A stretch of 64,000 nucleotides of DNA. It comes from Vicugna vicugna. Its lineage: Eukaryota. Location: NCBI GenBank assembly GCA_013265495.1, contig MU061560.1:682001-746000 (forward strand). Reading direction: 5' to 3'. The notes beneath the pieces were generated by a model, which did no database searches, was not told where the DNA came from, and saw only the letters and a program-made list of their open reading frames with translations. Shown here one piece after another: positions 13,875 through 27,796 of this stretch (the first letter of the stretch is position 1; each line of letters opens with the position of its first letter). The position numbers and the translations under genes are program-made.

Positions 13875-14819
13875 CTGTTTTGTGAGATACGCCATGTAAA
13901 TTCTACTGCATTTCACTTCGTGGGAACAGTAAGTTTCTGTAGTTACTAGAGACTGAGCAAGATGTCTTCAAAACTAGAGATATCTTCTTTGAACTCTTGT
14001 TAGGTTTTCCATTTAATTACTGTTAATTACAATTAATTTAATTACTATTACTAAGTTTATTCAGTATTTTTAAATAAAATATTAGGTTTGGCTAGTTACT
14101 ACTTTTTGTGTGTTTATAAATAAGATGGGTTTGTCTTTTCATTCTTCTTATCATATTCTGCTTTTTATTCACATTTTCAGCTCATCATTGTGAAAGAGAA
14201 GGACCAACTGTTTTAGAATCAAAGTTGCACTAATGTCATAAAATTAGCTGAGTAAGTGTTTTTCCTTTTTCTATTTTCTTGGACTATCTGTGTAATGCAA
14301 GAATAATCTCAGTTTTGTGGGTCTGGTAGAATTTAGGTGTAAAGCCAGCTGAGCTGGGAAAAATTTTAAAGGGAGATGTCATCAATTATTATTTCAATGT
14401 ATTTACTGGTTGTTGGCTTATTCACCTATTCTGTTTCTTTGTGTTCAAATCTTGGCATTTCACATATTTTAGTAAATATGTAAAATTCATCTCCAAAACA
14501 AGCCAGTCTATTCCGAAAGAGACACTGACTTTTAAAGAAAGCAATGTATGGCTAGTCAGACTGTCTGTTAACTCTATTCTCTGTACCAGAGGCTGCATGT
14601 GCAAGCGTCTGGTCCAGGTCTAGGTCCACCAAAGGCAAATCTTATGTGGAATCAGGCTGGCCGCCTACTCTTCCAGGGTCTGAGTACCATGCCAGGCAGG
14701 CCCTTCCTAGCATCAGCAAACCTCCAACAGCACTGGGGCTCTAGCCTGTACCTACAACTTTTCACATTTTTGTTTGAAGCTAATATGAGACTACCATGCC
14801 ACAAATCCACATATTCTTT

Positions 14820-15085
14820 TTATTAAAATTAAATTTAATTTTTTGAAGTATAGTCAGTTACAATGTGTCAATTTCTGGTATACCGCACAACGTCCCAGTC
14901 ATGCATATACATACAAATTTTCATATTCTTTTTCATTAAAGGGAATTATAAGATATTGAATATAGTTCCCTGTGCTATACAGAAGAAATTTGTTTTTTTA
15001 ATCTATTTTTATATTTTTTATATATTGTGGCTAACATATATTCTTTTTAAAATTGAGGTACAGTTGGTTTATAATACTGTGTTAA
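14820..15085 (-). mobile_element. Truncated L1 3' end
   Basis: gaagtatagtcagttacaatgtgtcaatttctgg; flanks aaatccacatattctt / aaatccgtgtattctt. Confidence 0.8.
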
Positions 15086-15517
15086 AAAATCCGTGTATTC
15101 TTGGCCATTCTCCAGGGTGTCCATTTTGTTTATCTAAATGCTCCTTCTTTCCCCCACCTCCTGCAGGCTGCTCGCCCTCTGACATTCTCCACTGCACCTT
15201 CTACAGTAGCTGTGGGTTCTTAATACAGGGACCAGGATAGGTTTCCGGGAGGGAACAGGACATCCTTAAGATTACTCTTGTGCTCATTCTCTTCTCAGGG
15301 AAAGAGACCATAACTTCCATTAGATACTCAAAGTGCCCACGACTCAAAGAAATTTGATAACCACTACTTCAGGATGCCTGTTCTATTGTAAGCAAGTTAC
15401 ACTTTGCCTTTTACTAACTTGCAGAACATTTCCTTAGACCATTTTCTCTCTTCTGAGAAGAATCCCCCCCTGCAGCCACCTAGAGGGGAGGCTGCTTATT
15501 CTGCCCAATGCCTCGGC

Positions 15518-15550
15518 CTCTTCCTCCTCCTCCTCCTCCTCCTCCTCCTC
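15518..15550. repeat. (CTC)n trinucleotide repeat
   Basis: Direct reading. Confidence 0.9.
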
Positions 15551-15859
15551 GGGTCCATTAGCATCCCTTTCTCATCCCAGTGGCCCACCCAGGAAGGCCT
15601 TTCCCCTCATGCACACGCTCTGCTCCGCGGAGTCACTGCCATCAGCATCTTCTCTTTCAGCTCAGGGCCTAGTATATAAAAATGATCATTGGAAACATAA
15701 ATGCTGGTTCACTGAGGGAAACAGGAGACGCTGGTACGGAATGGTCTTCAGAATTTCCTCAATAAGGAAAACAACCAGATTTATCAAAGAGAGATTTTTA
15801 TTCCAGCTTTAGGATATATGTGAGAATGACTATTAATTAGTCAACTATTTACAAACAGC

Positions 15860-16385
15860 AATCCTTGTTCGTACTGCCCTGATTACTAATGAGGGTGAGG
15901 ACCTTTTCAAATATAGATAATAAAGCCATTGCTCTATTATCCTTTGTGAAGTGCTGTTCAAATCTCTTATCCATTTTTCTACTGGGTTGTCTGTCTTTTT
16001 ATTGTTAATGTAATAATTCTTTAAAATTTCCTAGATATCAACCTTTGTTACTTATATCTTTACAACTTTACAAACATCTTTTCCTACTCTGTGGTTTGCC
16101 TTTTTTTTATTGTTTTAGCAATGTCTTTGAAAGCATGATAGCGTAAGTTACTAACTATTAATTTAAATGTAGTAAGTTTATAAAATACTTTATGGTTAGT
16201 GCTTTTTGTGTCTGCTGTTAAGAAATCTTTCCCTATTTCAGATCACAAAGATATTCTTCTATGTTATCATTTAGAAGCTTCATTGTTCTCCCTTCACATT
16301 TAAATCTTATTGCTGTTGGAACTGATCCGTGAGCAAGATGCGAGGTACGGAATACACTTTGTTTTTTCCCAGTGGGTATCAAATT
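15860..16385 (-). mobile_element. Old L1M fragment
   Basis: tgaagtgctgttcaaatctcttatccatttttctactgggttgtctgtc; antisense L1 ORF2/3' UTR pattern. Confidence 0.65.
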
Positions 16386-16414
16386 AAGTGGCTTTAAAGT
16401 GTTTCAGAAACTTG

Positions 16415-16725
16415 ACAGAAACAGACTCATAGACAGAGAACACAAACTTGTGGGTGCCGGGGGGGACAGGGGTTGGAAGGGACAGACTGGGAGTTTGAAA
16501 TCTGTAGATACTGACAGGCGTATATAGAATATAGATAAACAATACTGCATAGCACAGGGAAATATATACAAGATCTTGTGGTGGCTCATGGTGGAAAAGA
16601 ATGCAACAATGAATATATGTATGTTCATGTATGACTGAAAAATTGTGCCCTACACTGGAAATGGACACAACATTGTAAACTGACTATAACTCAATGAAAT
16701 AAAAATTTTTAAAAATTAAAAAAAT
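16415..16725 (+). mobile_element. Truncated L1 3' end with TSD
   Basis: cagaaacagactcatagac...ttgtaaactgactataactcaat plus A-rich tail; agaaacttga at both flanks. Confidence 0.85.
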
Positions 16726-18384
16726 TTAAATGTTTTAGAAACTTGAAAACTGTTTATTACAATCACTTTTAACTTCTACAATGTAATATTTAATTTTATG
16801 TGTATAACATAATAGATTGACATATGTATATATTGTGAAATAATTAGCACAATAAGTTTAGAAACAGCCATCACCACACATAGTTACAATTTTTTTTTCC
16901 TTCTTGTGATGAGAAATTATAAGGTCTACTCTCTTAGTGATTTTCAAATACACAATACAGTACTGTTAACGACAGTCATCACGCTGCACAGTACATCCCC
17001 AGGACGGACTTACACTGTACTAAGAGAATTTGCTAAATGAGTAAATTTTATCAATCCATCCTCTTACTTGTTTATTTTTGGTCTTTTTTTTTAATAATAA
17101 CCATTACACCTGAACTAATAAAGTTTATATTAAGGTAGTCCTACTGACAAGAAATGACCGTCATAATTACGTTTAAATTATAGACTCTATCTTTTAGGTG
17201 CTACTATTTAATTACTATTAAGTACTTTTATACTTAAATTATAGAATCTATCTTTTGGGAGCTATTCAGTTCTTTGCCATCTGAGGCACGAGGCCATCAA
17301 GGCTCCAGCTGTCTGTTATGGACACAGGTTGATGGACTGGACATTTTCTGCAACTATGTTTCACAGCCTATTTTCAAGTTTTTTGTATTCAGTGATTCCT
17401 TTTAGAAATTACAAAAACAAGTTTTTTTTTAAATCACACCATCTAGGCATGACAAAATTAGGAAAAGAAATAATTAGGACATAAATTGTAAGTCAAAATT
17501 TAAATAAAAAGCATCTCATAACTTAAAGGAACAAAGGGTCCTCGTATCACTGTCCCATGCCGCTAACAATTTTCTCCTGCAAATCTCTAGTTAAGTTCAA
17601 CTCTAACAACCTTGATCATGGATTAATTCCAGTTTAATGTAGGTCTCCCTTCAGAGGACTGGACTGGTTTAAGGTTAGGTATGATTTTAAATGCCTTGCC
17701 GTAATTATAGCAGGAACGAAGGTATCTCCGTTGCTTGAGCTCCTTTTGGACTGGGAAGGCTCCTATTACCTTAGATTTCTGACTGTGTGTTTGTTTGTTT
17801 ATCCCAGCTAGATTATCACAAAGCAGTGATTTTTGTCACATTCACCACTATATACGTGGCACTAGGCTAGTGCCTGCTGTGTAGTGGGTGCCCACAAACT
17901 GTTTATTTAATAAATGAATAAAGGAACTTAGGATCTGAGGAATAAGCTACATATTCAGAGTTTAAGTGGCTTCCTGTATGTTACATGGCAAATATTCCTG
18001 TATTCATAGGAACATGGAAACACCACTGGACAGCTTGGATTCCATGAGAAATCCTGGAATGGAAAAGGCTAAAACCCAGGCTTAGAGGGTTAGCTCACAC
18101 TGAGCCATCCTCAGAGCGTAGTGAGCTTAAATATATACACACACTGCAATTTAATTTCTGACATTTTCTATTAAGTTGGCTGGCAGTAATAAGAGGGCTT
18201 CTGTAGTCTGGAAAAGTGAAAGAAATGGTTTTGGGAAACCAAGCACAGGGAAATGGGAAAGTATGATGAAAAATCTCGTCCCTGTGTCAGTCAGGGCTCC
18301 CTGGTTGTTCCCCATTTCTTTCTCTTTGTGCAGAAGTACATTTTGAAGAAAAACAAAGAAATTAAAGCTTGGTTGTATTCTTTT

Positions 18385-18454
18385 TTGTTTTGTTTTTGTT
18401 CATGGAGGTACTGGGGATTGAACTCACTCTACCACTAGGCTATACCCTCCCCCC
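18385..18454 (-). mobile_element. tRNA-derived SINE (Vic-1-like), internally deleted
   Basis: ggaggtactggggattgaac...ctaccactaggctataccctcccc; flanks agcttggttgtattctt / agtttggctgtactctt. Confidence 0.75.
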
Positions 18455-18949
18455 AGTTTGGCTGTACTCTTAATGACACTGCTAAAACAAGATAAATACT
18501 GGTATCTTAGTATTTCACCATTTTACTCAAAACAGAGCCAAGTTTCTGTATAAACACATTATTAAAGAATGAACATAGTTTCTCAGATGCAGAACACAGA
18601 ATATTTTTGTTGCCTACAAGAGTGTTACCTCTGTGATGATGGATAATTAGAGACTGGCCATATTATGAACTATCTGGGGAGAGTTTATTCTAGTCATTTC
18701 ATGATCAAGGCAAAGATTATAAGCTTAGTTCAAAAATTAAATATTTCTAGATCCCCTTACTATGATGCCAGGTGTAAAATACACGGGGAAAGGAACATGT
18801 TCTTCCATTTTTTTATATTTTGATTTTGCTGGTATAAAGTACGTGCACCTGGAAAGAGAACTAGTTCTTTGTTTTGTGGCTGAATCTGTGGGACAGAAGA
18901 GCACAGATGTCCTTTCCAACTGCAGTGGACATGCACTGTTTCTGCTTTC

Positions 18950-19485
18950 CAGCACTCATTCTTCCTTTGGGTAATAACACTCTGACTTTCCACTAGGGAG
19001 CCACTCCTTCACCATTTCGGTCCGTGGGGTACAAGTGGCAGTGATCCTCGTCCACCCAAACCCATGCCCCCGAAATTCACATGTGAGCCCATAACCCAGA
19101 CCTGGCCAATCAACGCCACAGGCTCCTAGCCACAGGTGCTGGTTTGGGAATGGGCAAGTGAGACTTACTCCCCAAGTTCTCAATGGAGTTATTGGGAAAA
19201 CAGTCGTTTTTTTCCTTTGGGGACACTGGGCTGAATCAAAGGTAAGCCTGAAATCACTGGTGACTCTCTTTATTGTAATGTGAGGACAGCCTTTGAGAAT
19301 GAAACCAACAGAGGGAAACAGAGTCCAGAGACAGAGTCATAATTATAATCGTGGGGCACCTATGTCCCACCATGACAGAAGGAAGACCCACCCTGGACTT
19401 TTCAGTTATATGAGCCAAGGAATTCCTCTTTTTCGCCTAAGCCCGCTTAGGTCGGACTCTGAGACATGTAATACTCACAGATACC
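18950..19485 (+). mobile_element. MaLR solo LTR (MLT1K/L-like)
   Basis: acccagacctggccaatca, ccctggacttttcagttatatgagccaa motifs. Confidence 0.65.
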
Positions 19486-19629
19486 AGTAAGTCTTTCACT
19501 CACAGTCTGACTTGGCTTTGCAGAAGCCAAGGCTAAAAGTCCTGGGAAGCTGGAACTCTCTCAGGCAATTCCTGAGAACTGTTTTGACAGAGGCAAGAAA
19601 ACCTGTTCTTTCCTCACTGTCTGAACTTA

Positions 19630-19863
<234 letters not shown>

Positions 19864-20474
19864 CTAACCATACACACGATGAAATCCAGAATTAACACCT
19901 TCAAGTGATTTCTGCAATTGCACACCCAAACTGAGAGACCAGACATAGTCTTGCCTAGACAGACTAACAATTTGCATGATAAGAAGCCCTCAGAATCAAA
20001 GTGAAAAGGCAAATACGTATGATTCCAATGACTTAACTTTTAGTCCATGATAACCACTTCTTCCTCTCAACACCCTGTACTCACAACTTCACATTTCACA
20101 ATGAGAGAGAATGCAGAGAATTAAGTATAGACGGTTCTAGAAGTTTTCAGGCTGCTGTTAAGCTGAAATCTACATTAGTCACAACCGCTCTGAAGGTCTT
20201 TCCTGAGAGCCTTATGAAGTTGTCCGGGAGGCCATCTACATCTACCAGTCAAGTTCACAAGCACCAACATGCTCTGAGGAGCAGCGGAGGTCGCATCGCT
20301 TCATTTCCATGAAATTTCAGTATGGAGAGTATTCCTTCCCATGGGGTTTGCTTAAGGTGTCCACGTTTGCTTTCAGGACGTTCACAGCTGAATGACAGGG
20401 CTGCTTTCAATGTTAAGACAATGCTCTACCACTGGCCACGTAGCATTAAACTTATTTCCTAGCCTATAGGGCAC

Positions 20475-20705
20475 AGAGCAGTATGGTTTGATGGCTAACA
20501 GTGTAAATCTGGGACCAGACTGCCTGGGACTGAATTCCATCTCCTCCACTAATTTGCTGGATTATTCTGGGAAAATTAACTAAGCTTTCTCTACCCCTGT
20601 TTCCTCATCAGTAAATGGAAGTATTAATAATACACACCTCATGGGGTTGATGGAAGGGTTCAAAGAACTTAAAACAGTGCCTGACGTATACCAAGTACTC
20701 AGAAA
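20475..20705 (+). mobile_element. MIR SINE just downstream of exon 9
   Basis: ccagactgcctgggactgaattcc...ctgtttcctcatcagtaaatgg. Confidence 0.75.
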
Positions 20706-20751
20706 TACACACAGCATATGCATTTATTCTTTCAAATCCCTCCCAATGTAC

Positions 20752-20916
20752 CTCTTTGACTTTCCTGCTTCGACTGCCAAAACACCCGACACTTCTGTTG
20801 CTGTCTGCCTGGATGGTCCGGTTTTGAATATAGATACTCTGGGAGTATTTCTCGGGGAGCTCTGCCTCCAGCTGGTAGGAGAGGTTATGAAGAATGCACA
20901 CACAGTTCTCTGTGGC
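20752..20916 (-). CDS. PKP2: PKP2 exon 9 (165 nt): [24 protein letters not shown]...[12 protein letters not shown]
   Basis: Acceptor ttctcag|, donor |gtacat; [12 protein letters not shown] motif. Confidence 0.97.
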
Positions 20917-21776
20917 CTGAGAAAACAGGACATGACCACTGATCAGACAATACAGAAATTCCTTTGCAGGTGCGACACCACAGGGCTTCGGGTTCACTGG
21001 ATGTGACAGGCACACTTGGCCTGCAGGGTGCCTGGGGGAGGGAAGTGGAGAACGGCTGGGAAGGCTAGGGCTAAGCCAAAAATGGGCACGCGCACAACGC
21101 TAGAAAGTAGAGGCCAAAGGTTTTAAAACATCGGAGAGCCCTTCTGGTTTACTTTTTAAAGGGTGCTCAGAATGATTCTAAAAATTTAGATACATTCCTT
21201 AGCACTCATGTAGAGCTGGAAAACAGGAGGAGATATTTCTTACAGGGGCCAATCGGGAGTCGACTGCAACGATCAGTATGAAAGACGAACAAATCGGGAC
21301 AGCAGCGGTGGCGTTAAAGAGGCGCGGTTACACGGAGGGGCATTGCAGACACAGAACGCACGTGATTCGCTGGAGTGGATGTGGGATGAGAGCGAAGGGA
21401 GCGAGTCCCAGGATTACTCAGATTTCTATTTTCATTTGGTAGATGGTAACAATTATTAAGAAGGATTACACAGGGGGAGCAAGTTTGGGGGTGAGGAAAG
21501 AGGTGAATTTAATTTCACTCCTGAATGTGTAGCATTTGGGCTCCTTTCAAATATCCACAGAGTTGTTAAACAGATAGAAATCTGGGGCTGGAAGATGGAA
21601 AGAAAAATGGGGCTGGATGGATTTTAATACTTATAAGCACGTATGGGAAATCTTAAGCTCACCAAATGAATCAACGAACAAAGCAAACCCAAGCAGCTAC
21701 TTTAAGAATACTCTAAAGAGTCTTAGTAAGACTCTGTAAGTAATTCAGTATGCGAGATATTTAACCCTTGATTTAC

Positions 21777-21894
21777 CTTGTCATCTGGCTGGTAGTCGGC
21801 AATGGTTCCTCTGACATAATGGACCAGTGAGTCAATCAGTCCGTCACACCTTCTCATCACTTTCCTCCCTTCGGGGCCAGCTGAGCTCATGTTT
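21777..21894 (-). CDS. PKP2: PKP2 exon 8 (118 nt): [39 protein letters not shown]
   Basis: Acceptor cttgatag|, donor |gtaaat; p120/plakophilin arm motif. Confidence 0.97.
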
Positions 21895-24536
21895 CTATCA
21901 AGAAAAACAAACAAAATCATAAGGCTGTGGCTGTGTATCGAATAAGTTTTTGTTTCAAAGCTACTTCCAAGGGTTTGGAAAACTGGCAAAATTTGTCAAC
22001 ATATGACAGACTTGTCCTAGGGTCAATAAATCATCAATTCTCTTGATGGTCATCAACTCTAGACACAATTTATAACTATATTCGTAACATGTCATAGTGT
22101 CAGTAGAAGTCTTCTGTCTACTTCATTCCAAGCACCAAGATTGTAGCATTATTTCCTTAATCCTTACCCCATGTTTGAGAGGGTATAAATATATGAGAAA
22201 AACATTTTGCAATTAAAGACGAACAAATGTCACATTAGACATAGCTGTATACTTAGATGTCCAAGTCCTATCTTGTTCTGTGCCTTAATTCTAAGTAACT
22301 TAAACTTACTTACATTCTCTGGGCCTCAGTTTCTTCATTTGTAAATACAAGGTGTTAGACTATATTATTTGGGGGTTTTGTAGGTTTCAGCATAAAGTGT
22401 TATTGACAAATACTAAACCAAACGCTCTAAAATGTGATGATTCATGATTTTGTAATTAAAATGGCAGAGAGATGTCACAAAAAATGCAGAGTTTCACAGT
22501 ATGTAAGACCTAAGTTAAAAGCATGACCTATAAATATCTTTGCACTTAGTCTATTTCTAATTTGGCTAAGCCAGGACACCTTTCTATAAACAGTGACTAA
22601 ATCTACAAGTGGAGGTTGCTTCCTTATAGAGAATTGAAGCTTATCAAATACAGCAAAGAAATGCATTTGGGATCATGTTTCAGATTCAGGTCACGTTTAT
22701 ATTCTGGTGTTATTATGACTATGTTCTTTTGGATTAAATGTTCCTTGCCAACATTAACCAATTAAAAAATTTTTTTTCCAAAAATGTTCACAACTCTATC
22801 AACAAGAACAGCAAAAGAACAATGCCTTCAGGTTTTTAGAGTTTTGAGAACCACCCTTATTTTCTTTTGCGAATTTAACTTGCTAAGAACTATTCCTGTA
22901 AAATTTACCAGACCAGTTCCTTTCACTGGTAGGTAAAATATTCACAGGACAATCAAGACTTTTTGTGTATAATGTCTCAGTGTCATTCTGAACACCAAAA
23001 GAATTATAATTCTGAGAACTTTTTTTGTTGTATTTTCTTCATCTTTAAAATAATACATTGCACTAAGTGATTTCAAAAAGCCTTTCTGTCCCCTCCAATA
23101 TTGCTTTGAATACATATGTCAAAGAACAAATATGCCCAGCATTATATTAAGAACCGCAGGGAACAAGGGAGGACCACCCAGGGAGATCACATCTATACGT
23201 GGAAACTGATAATGCTTGACCGTTTCTCACCTATGAAATGCAGTTTCACAATCCAGTCTAACTGTTGAGGAGATAAAACTAATTCATCTAAAAGTAAGGA
23301 TATGCTAATAATTTAATGGTTGCTGAACTGACACAATGAATTTTTTATTGTAGCAAAATCCCTTCTGTGGCTGGTTTTCATCTGTTTCCAGTGTAATCAA
23401 ACACTTCCTTATTTTCGGCTGTACCTGAGACTTCAACCTTTGGCCATTAAAAAAGATAATGAATGGGCTCATAAATTATAAACAAAAACATTTTTACTAC
23501 AGTTTTTCCTCAAGGAATGATCATCTTAACCAAGATCCTCTAATCTGCTCTCTGAGCCCTTTAAGACCACGGGATCTTCAGAAGCTGGACAAATCTGCAA
23601 ATGCATCTTTTATGGTCTCCTTATTTTACACATGGAGACACTGAGGACCAGAGAGCTTAGGTTACCTTTCCTGGTGACGTTAAATTAGTGGTGAGGTCAG
23701 GATAGGAGAGCTGTTCTTTACTCTTGCACCCAGAGCGGCTCCTCTTCTAACATTCATTCACAGTTTAGCAAGTACCATCTACCCCTCAACTCCAAGACAA
23801 TGTTATCATATTTGAAAGCTTCCCTTTGACCTTTTCAATCTCTGGCTTGGAGAAATGGCAGTAGTTTAAAATTGCTTTGACAAATCAAAAGGTCCTTCTC
23901 CCTGGCTAAGCCCACTACATACCTTGCAGATGGATGACTCAGCTTTGTTTCACTCCAGACTGTTTATTTTGGGTGAGTGGTAATTCAGTTTGGCAGTTCA
24001 CACGCACTGACTGCTGTCTTGTAGTTTGGTATTATCCAGACTCTACTTGCTTGGAATAGGACTTATCAGGGGTTCCTGGCAGTTGATAGCTTTGCTGACA
24101 GAAAGGGCATGGAACCCCACTGCTTCAGTATTTGCCCTTGCATATCAAAAATACTTCTTTGCTTACTCAACTACCCAGAAATACCAATGATAAGGGTGGA
24201 TTATTTTGTAGCAATACATCCGTGAATAGAGGTCATGAGTCAGAAAGGAATTTGTTACTATACTGCTCTGAATGTAACCAATAATTATTAGAAAATGACA
24301 TATCCATCTTAAGGTATTTTTTTCCAACAACTAATAAGTATGTAGGAATCAGAGAATTAACATGGCTAACCTTTGGCAGAATTGATCCTTTTACACTTTA
24401 TCTCCTGAGCCCTGAGAAATATTTACTTATAACTATTTCCTATATGTAGCCCAACAGAGGTTTAATATGGAAAATGATCTCAAAACTATACATGAAATAT
24501 ATCAAAACAATTATCTCGTTGAAAATTAAGAAAGGA

Positions 24537-24700
24537 GGGGAGGGTATAGTTCAAGTGGTAGAGCACATGCTTAGCATGCATGAGGTCCTGGGTTCAATCC
24601 CCAGTACCTCCTCCAAAGATAAATAAATAAACCTAATTACCTCCCCCTACTAAAAAGAAGAAAAAAGAAAAAAAAAAGAAAAGAAAGTAAAAAAGAAAAA
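24537..24700 (+). mobile_element. tRNA-derived SINE (Vic-1-like)
   Basis: ggggagggtatagttcaagtggtagagc...ggttcaatccccagtacctcc, then aaataaataaacctaattacctcccc and A-rich tail. Confidence 0.85.
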
Positions 24701-25521
24701 GCATATAAACCACAGTAGTTACTCAGTAAACGTTGATCATCAGAGTTACCAATGAATATATGAGAAATGCTTAATTTAATGTCTATGGTTTGAATTTGAT
24801 TAAATGATGTGTCTACTTCCCCTGGTATAATCTACCAGAAGTCTGAGTATACGTGTGAGTACCTTTCACATAATCAGAACCGCACACCGTTTTATATTGA
24901 AATTTAAAAACCAGGTCCGTGGGGTTAGGAGCGGGGGCCTCGGGAGGGGGGGTCAGAGGAGGGCGTGAACCACCCTGAACATAAACGCAGGGCTGTTTCA
25001 GAGCCTTTTCAGAGCTCTTCCCTCCAGTGGGGCTGAGAGGAAGTATCCCAGCTCGAACTGTGGCTTGTGCTTGATATTAAGAATTTTTCTGGTGATCTGA
25101 CTTGTAAGGGATGGGAAAAAAGAGCCTCGGAACGTCGGTCTCTGAACAAAACTTCACATATTTAGACAGCTCCCAGGTGCTTTATCTGAAAGCAGATCAG
25201 TGATTCGTGACTCTCTCCAGAACCACTTATCTCACATTCCTGAGTGTCACAACGAAAAGGAGAAAAGAAAACCAAACACCCTGGACCTTGCTAGAATGAA
25301 AAGAAAGAGTGGCGTGTCTTTGTTAAGATTAATAACAGTGTGATTAAACCTTAAATTCATACGGCAAACCAAAGAATGAAAAAATGGCAAATGATAAAAA
25401 AAAACTGCAACTGAGTGTGTGTGCTCCGCATTATAGTAGACACTTCGCAAATACGAGGCTATGTTTTCACAAAATCCCTCAAATTAGGGTATGCTAAAAT
25501 CTCATTCAGAATCCTGACCTG

Positions 25522-25631
25522 GGGAGGAGGGTACAGCTCTGTGGTAGAGCGCGTGCTTAGCGTGCACGAGGTCTTGGGTTCAATCCCCAGGACCTCCATT
25601 AAATAAACTACCTTCTCCCCTTAAAACAAAA
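25522..25631 (+). mobile_element. tRNA-derived SINE (Vic-1-like) with 15-bp TSD
   Basis: cagaatcctgacctg at 25507-25521 and 25632-25646; B box ggttcaatcc. Confidence 0.88.
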
Positions 25632-26989
25632 CAGAATCCTGACCTGTGACTGTTTGAAAATGAGAATCACCTGCTGCTAGTGGAGTTTTCACTGGCCCTC
25701 CCTTCCGTAAGAAGTTATCAAATACAGCAAATTTGCCAGCACGGAAAGGAAACTTGTTACAACACAGAATGTCCGACCTTGGTGTATGGACACCTGACCT
25801 GGGGAAATGATGAGCTAGCATGAAAGGTTTAAGGCGAAAGGCTATCGTTAGTTACCAGGGCACAAGAATGGCAGGCAATCGCAGGGCCAGAGGGAACCTT
25901 TTGAGACACTTCACCAACAAGTAATTCTGAGACACAGAGATTTTCCTTTAATGGGGCCATTTCTATCATAAAAGGTGGCTTCCTACTAACAGACAATTTA
26001 CGCGTGCATTTGTAAGATCTGCTGCCCATGGGACCGCTCTTAAAGGTTTAACCAGCAACTCGGACAGCGATCACCACGATGGTTTTTTTTTTTTTTAAAC
26101 TGGGGGTGCATAATTGTTCACCAACAATTACAGGCTTCCTAACACCATGTGTTGTAAACTGTACCCCAAGTGGTGCCAGTCAATTAAGTGCTTGGTCTGA
26201 GTCCATTCTAAGACCCGACAGGCACTTGGTAAGACACTGGCTGATAAGGAGGCACCCTTCTTCCTCTAGTTATTTGAGATTTAGGTCTGGGTTTTTGTTT
26301 AACTGTCAGCTGATACATAGCAAACAGTTGAGCCCCTGTCTGTGATTAACCTAGAGAAAGCAGAGGCAGCCTGTGGTTGCACAGAACAAAAGGGGAACCT
26401 CATTTGAACTGGCAGAGGAACAAAAACCTCACGCCAAAGAAGGGCTTGTCTGTGACTCTGAAATCGACATCAGATCCTGCAGGTATCCGCAAACATCAGC
26501 CAAAGTCAGCTGTGCGCTCTGCAAACAGAAGCATCGTTGGGAGCAGAACAGAGCTCTGCAACCTCCGTGTCCTGTTCTTTCCAGGACAAGGAACGTTGAC
26601 CGAACAAAGATATGTTGGCATCTATTACACGTCAAGAAACTAGAAGGTGGAGGGGAGGAAAAAGTCTGTCCTTAAAAATCCTTTCGTTCTGCCTTCCTAC
26701 ACCTTCAGTTTTCCAAAAGCATTCTGAAGGGCCCATTTAGCCAGAAATCATCTGGTTGGTAGGTTAAGAGTCTTTTCCCCTTGATTTAGCAGGCTGTTCA
26801 AGGTAGAGTACCAAATCCCATTTTAACTGAATTACAAACAGCAAACTCATTTTAAAAGTATGCCCGGAAGCCACTGGAATTCGAGCAGACACCCTTCACA
26901 CCTAAGGGGGAAGTCTGGGATGTAGATGCTTAAGACCTAGAGCAGGACACTATGGTGCTCAGATAGCCTGTACCTCCAAGATACGCCTA

Positions 26990-27350
26990 CTTTTTTTAAA
27001 TTTATTTTTTATCGAGGTAACACTGGTTTATAATATAATGTGAGTTTCATGTGTACAACACTATAGTTCTACTTCTGTCTACACTACAGTGTGCTTACCA
27101 CCAAAAGTTCGGTTTCTCCCCATCACCACACCCTTTATCCCTTTCACCCTCCCCCACCCCTTCCCCTCTGGTAACCACTGCTCTGCTCTCTGTATTTAAC
27201 GTGACTGTTTTTGTTAGTTTTGGTTTCTTCATTTAAAAAATTCTGTTTGTTTGTTTTTATAAAAAACAAATGCATGAAATCACATTCCACATATGAGTGA
27301 AATCATATGGTATTTGTTCTTCTCCATCTGACTTAGTTCACTTAGCATCA
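26990..27350 (-). mobile_element. L1 3' end (older family)
   Basis: T-rich start; cattccacatatgagtgaaatcatatggtatttg...tgacttagttcacttagcat. Confidence 0.75.
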
Positions 27351-27796
27351 GGTCCACGACAGGCATACATTTTAACCCCAGGACAGCAGCAAAGTCATCA
27401 GTGGCTTTATCCAAATACATCAGCGCATTCACTGTTTTTATGATGATGACTTTAGAAACATTTAATAGTAGTTCTCTGATGGCAGTATTAATGTTTTTTT
27501 GGAAAAAGACTTCTGAGTGTCATAAGACACGGTTAATAAAACACTACCTCTGAGATGGAGCAGGCCCCGTGGGGCACCCCTCAACCCCTGCCTCCTGTTT
27601 ACAGAAAAGCTGAGTCTCCAAGCCTCCCTGAGTCACAAAGGAGCAGGCTCAAGATGCTGATGATAAAGATACTAGAGTCACAGTCTCACTGTCTGATGCA
27701 CGTTCCTGAGTTTAACTGCCACCAGAGGAAAAGGCTAAGCAGCACGGTGATCAGATCCATTTCCTGGCCTCCCCCCACTTCAGTTATCACATGAAC

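Noticed and set aside
24537..24612. tRNA-Ala(AGC)-like sequences (also 25522, 44958, 48551)
   Set aside because: They share a non-tRNA tail, A-rich ends and TSDs and have broken stems, so they are SINE heads rather than tRNA genes
22641..25731. 17-mer ttatcaaatacagcaaa at 22641 and 25715
   Set aside because: An AT-rich 17-mer can plausibly recur by chance in 64 kb, and flanking similarity is weak
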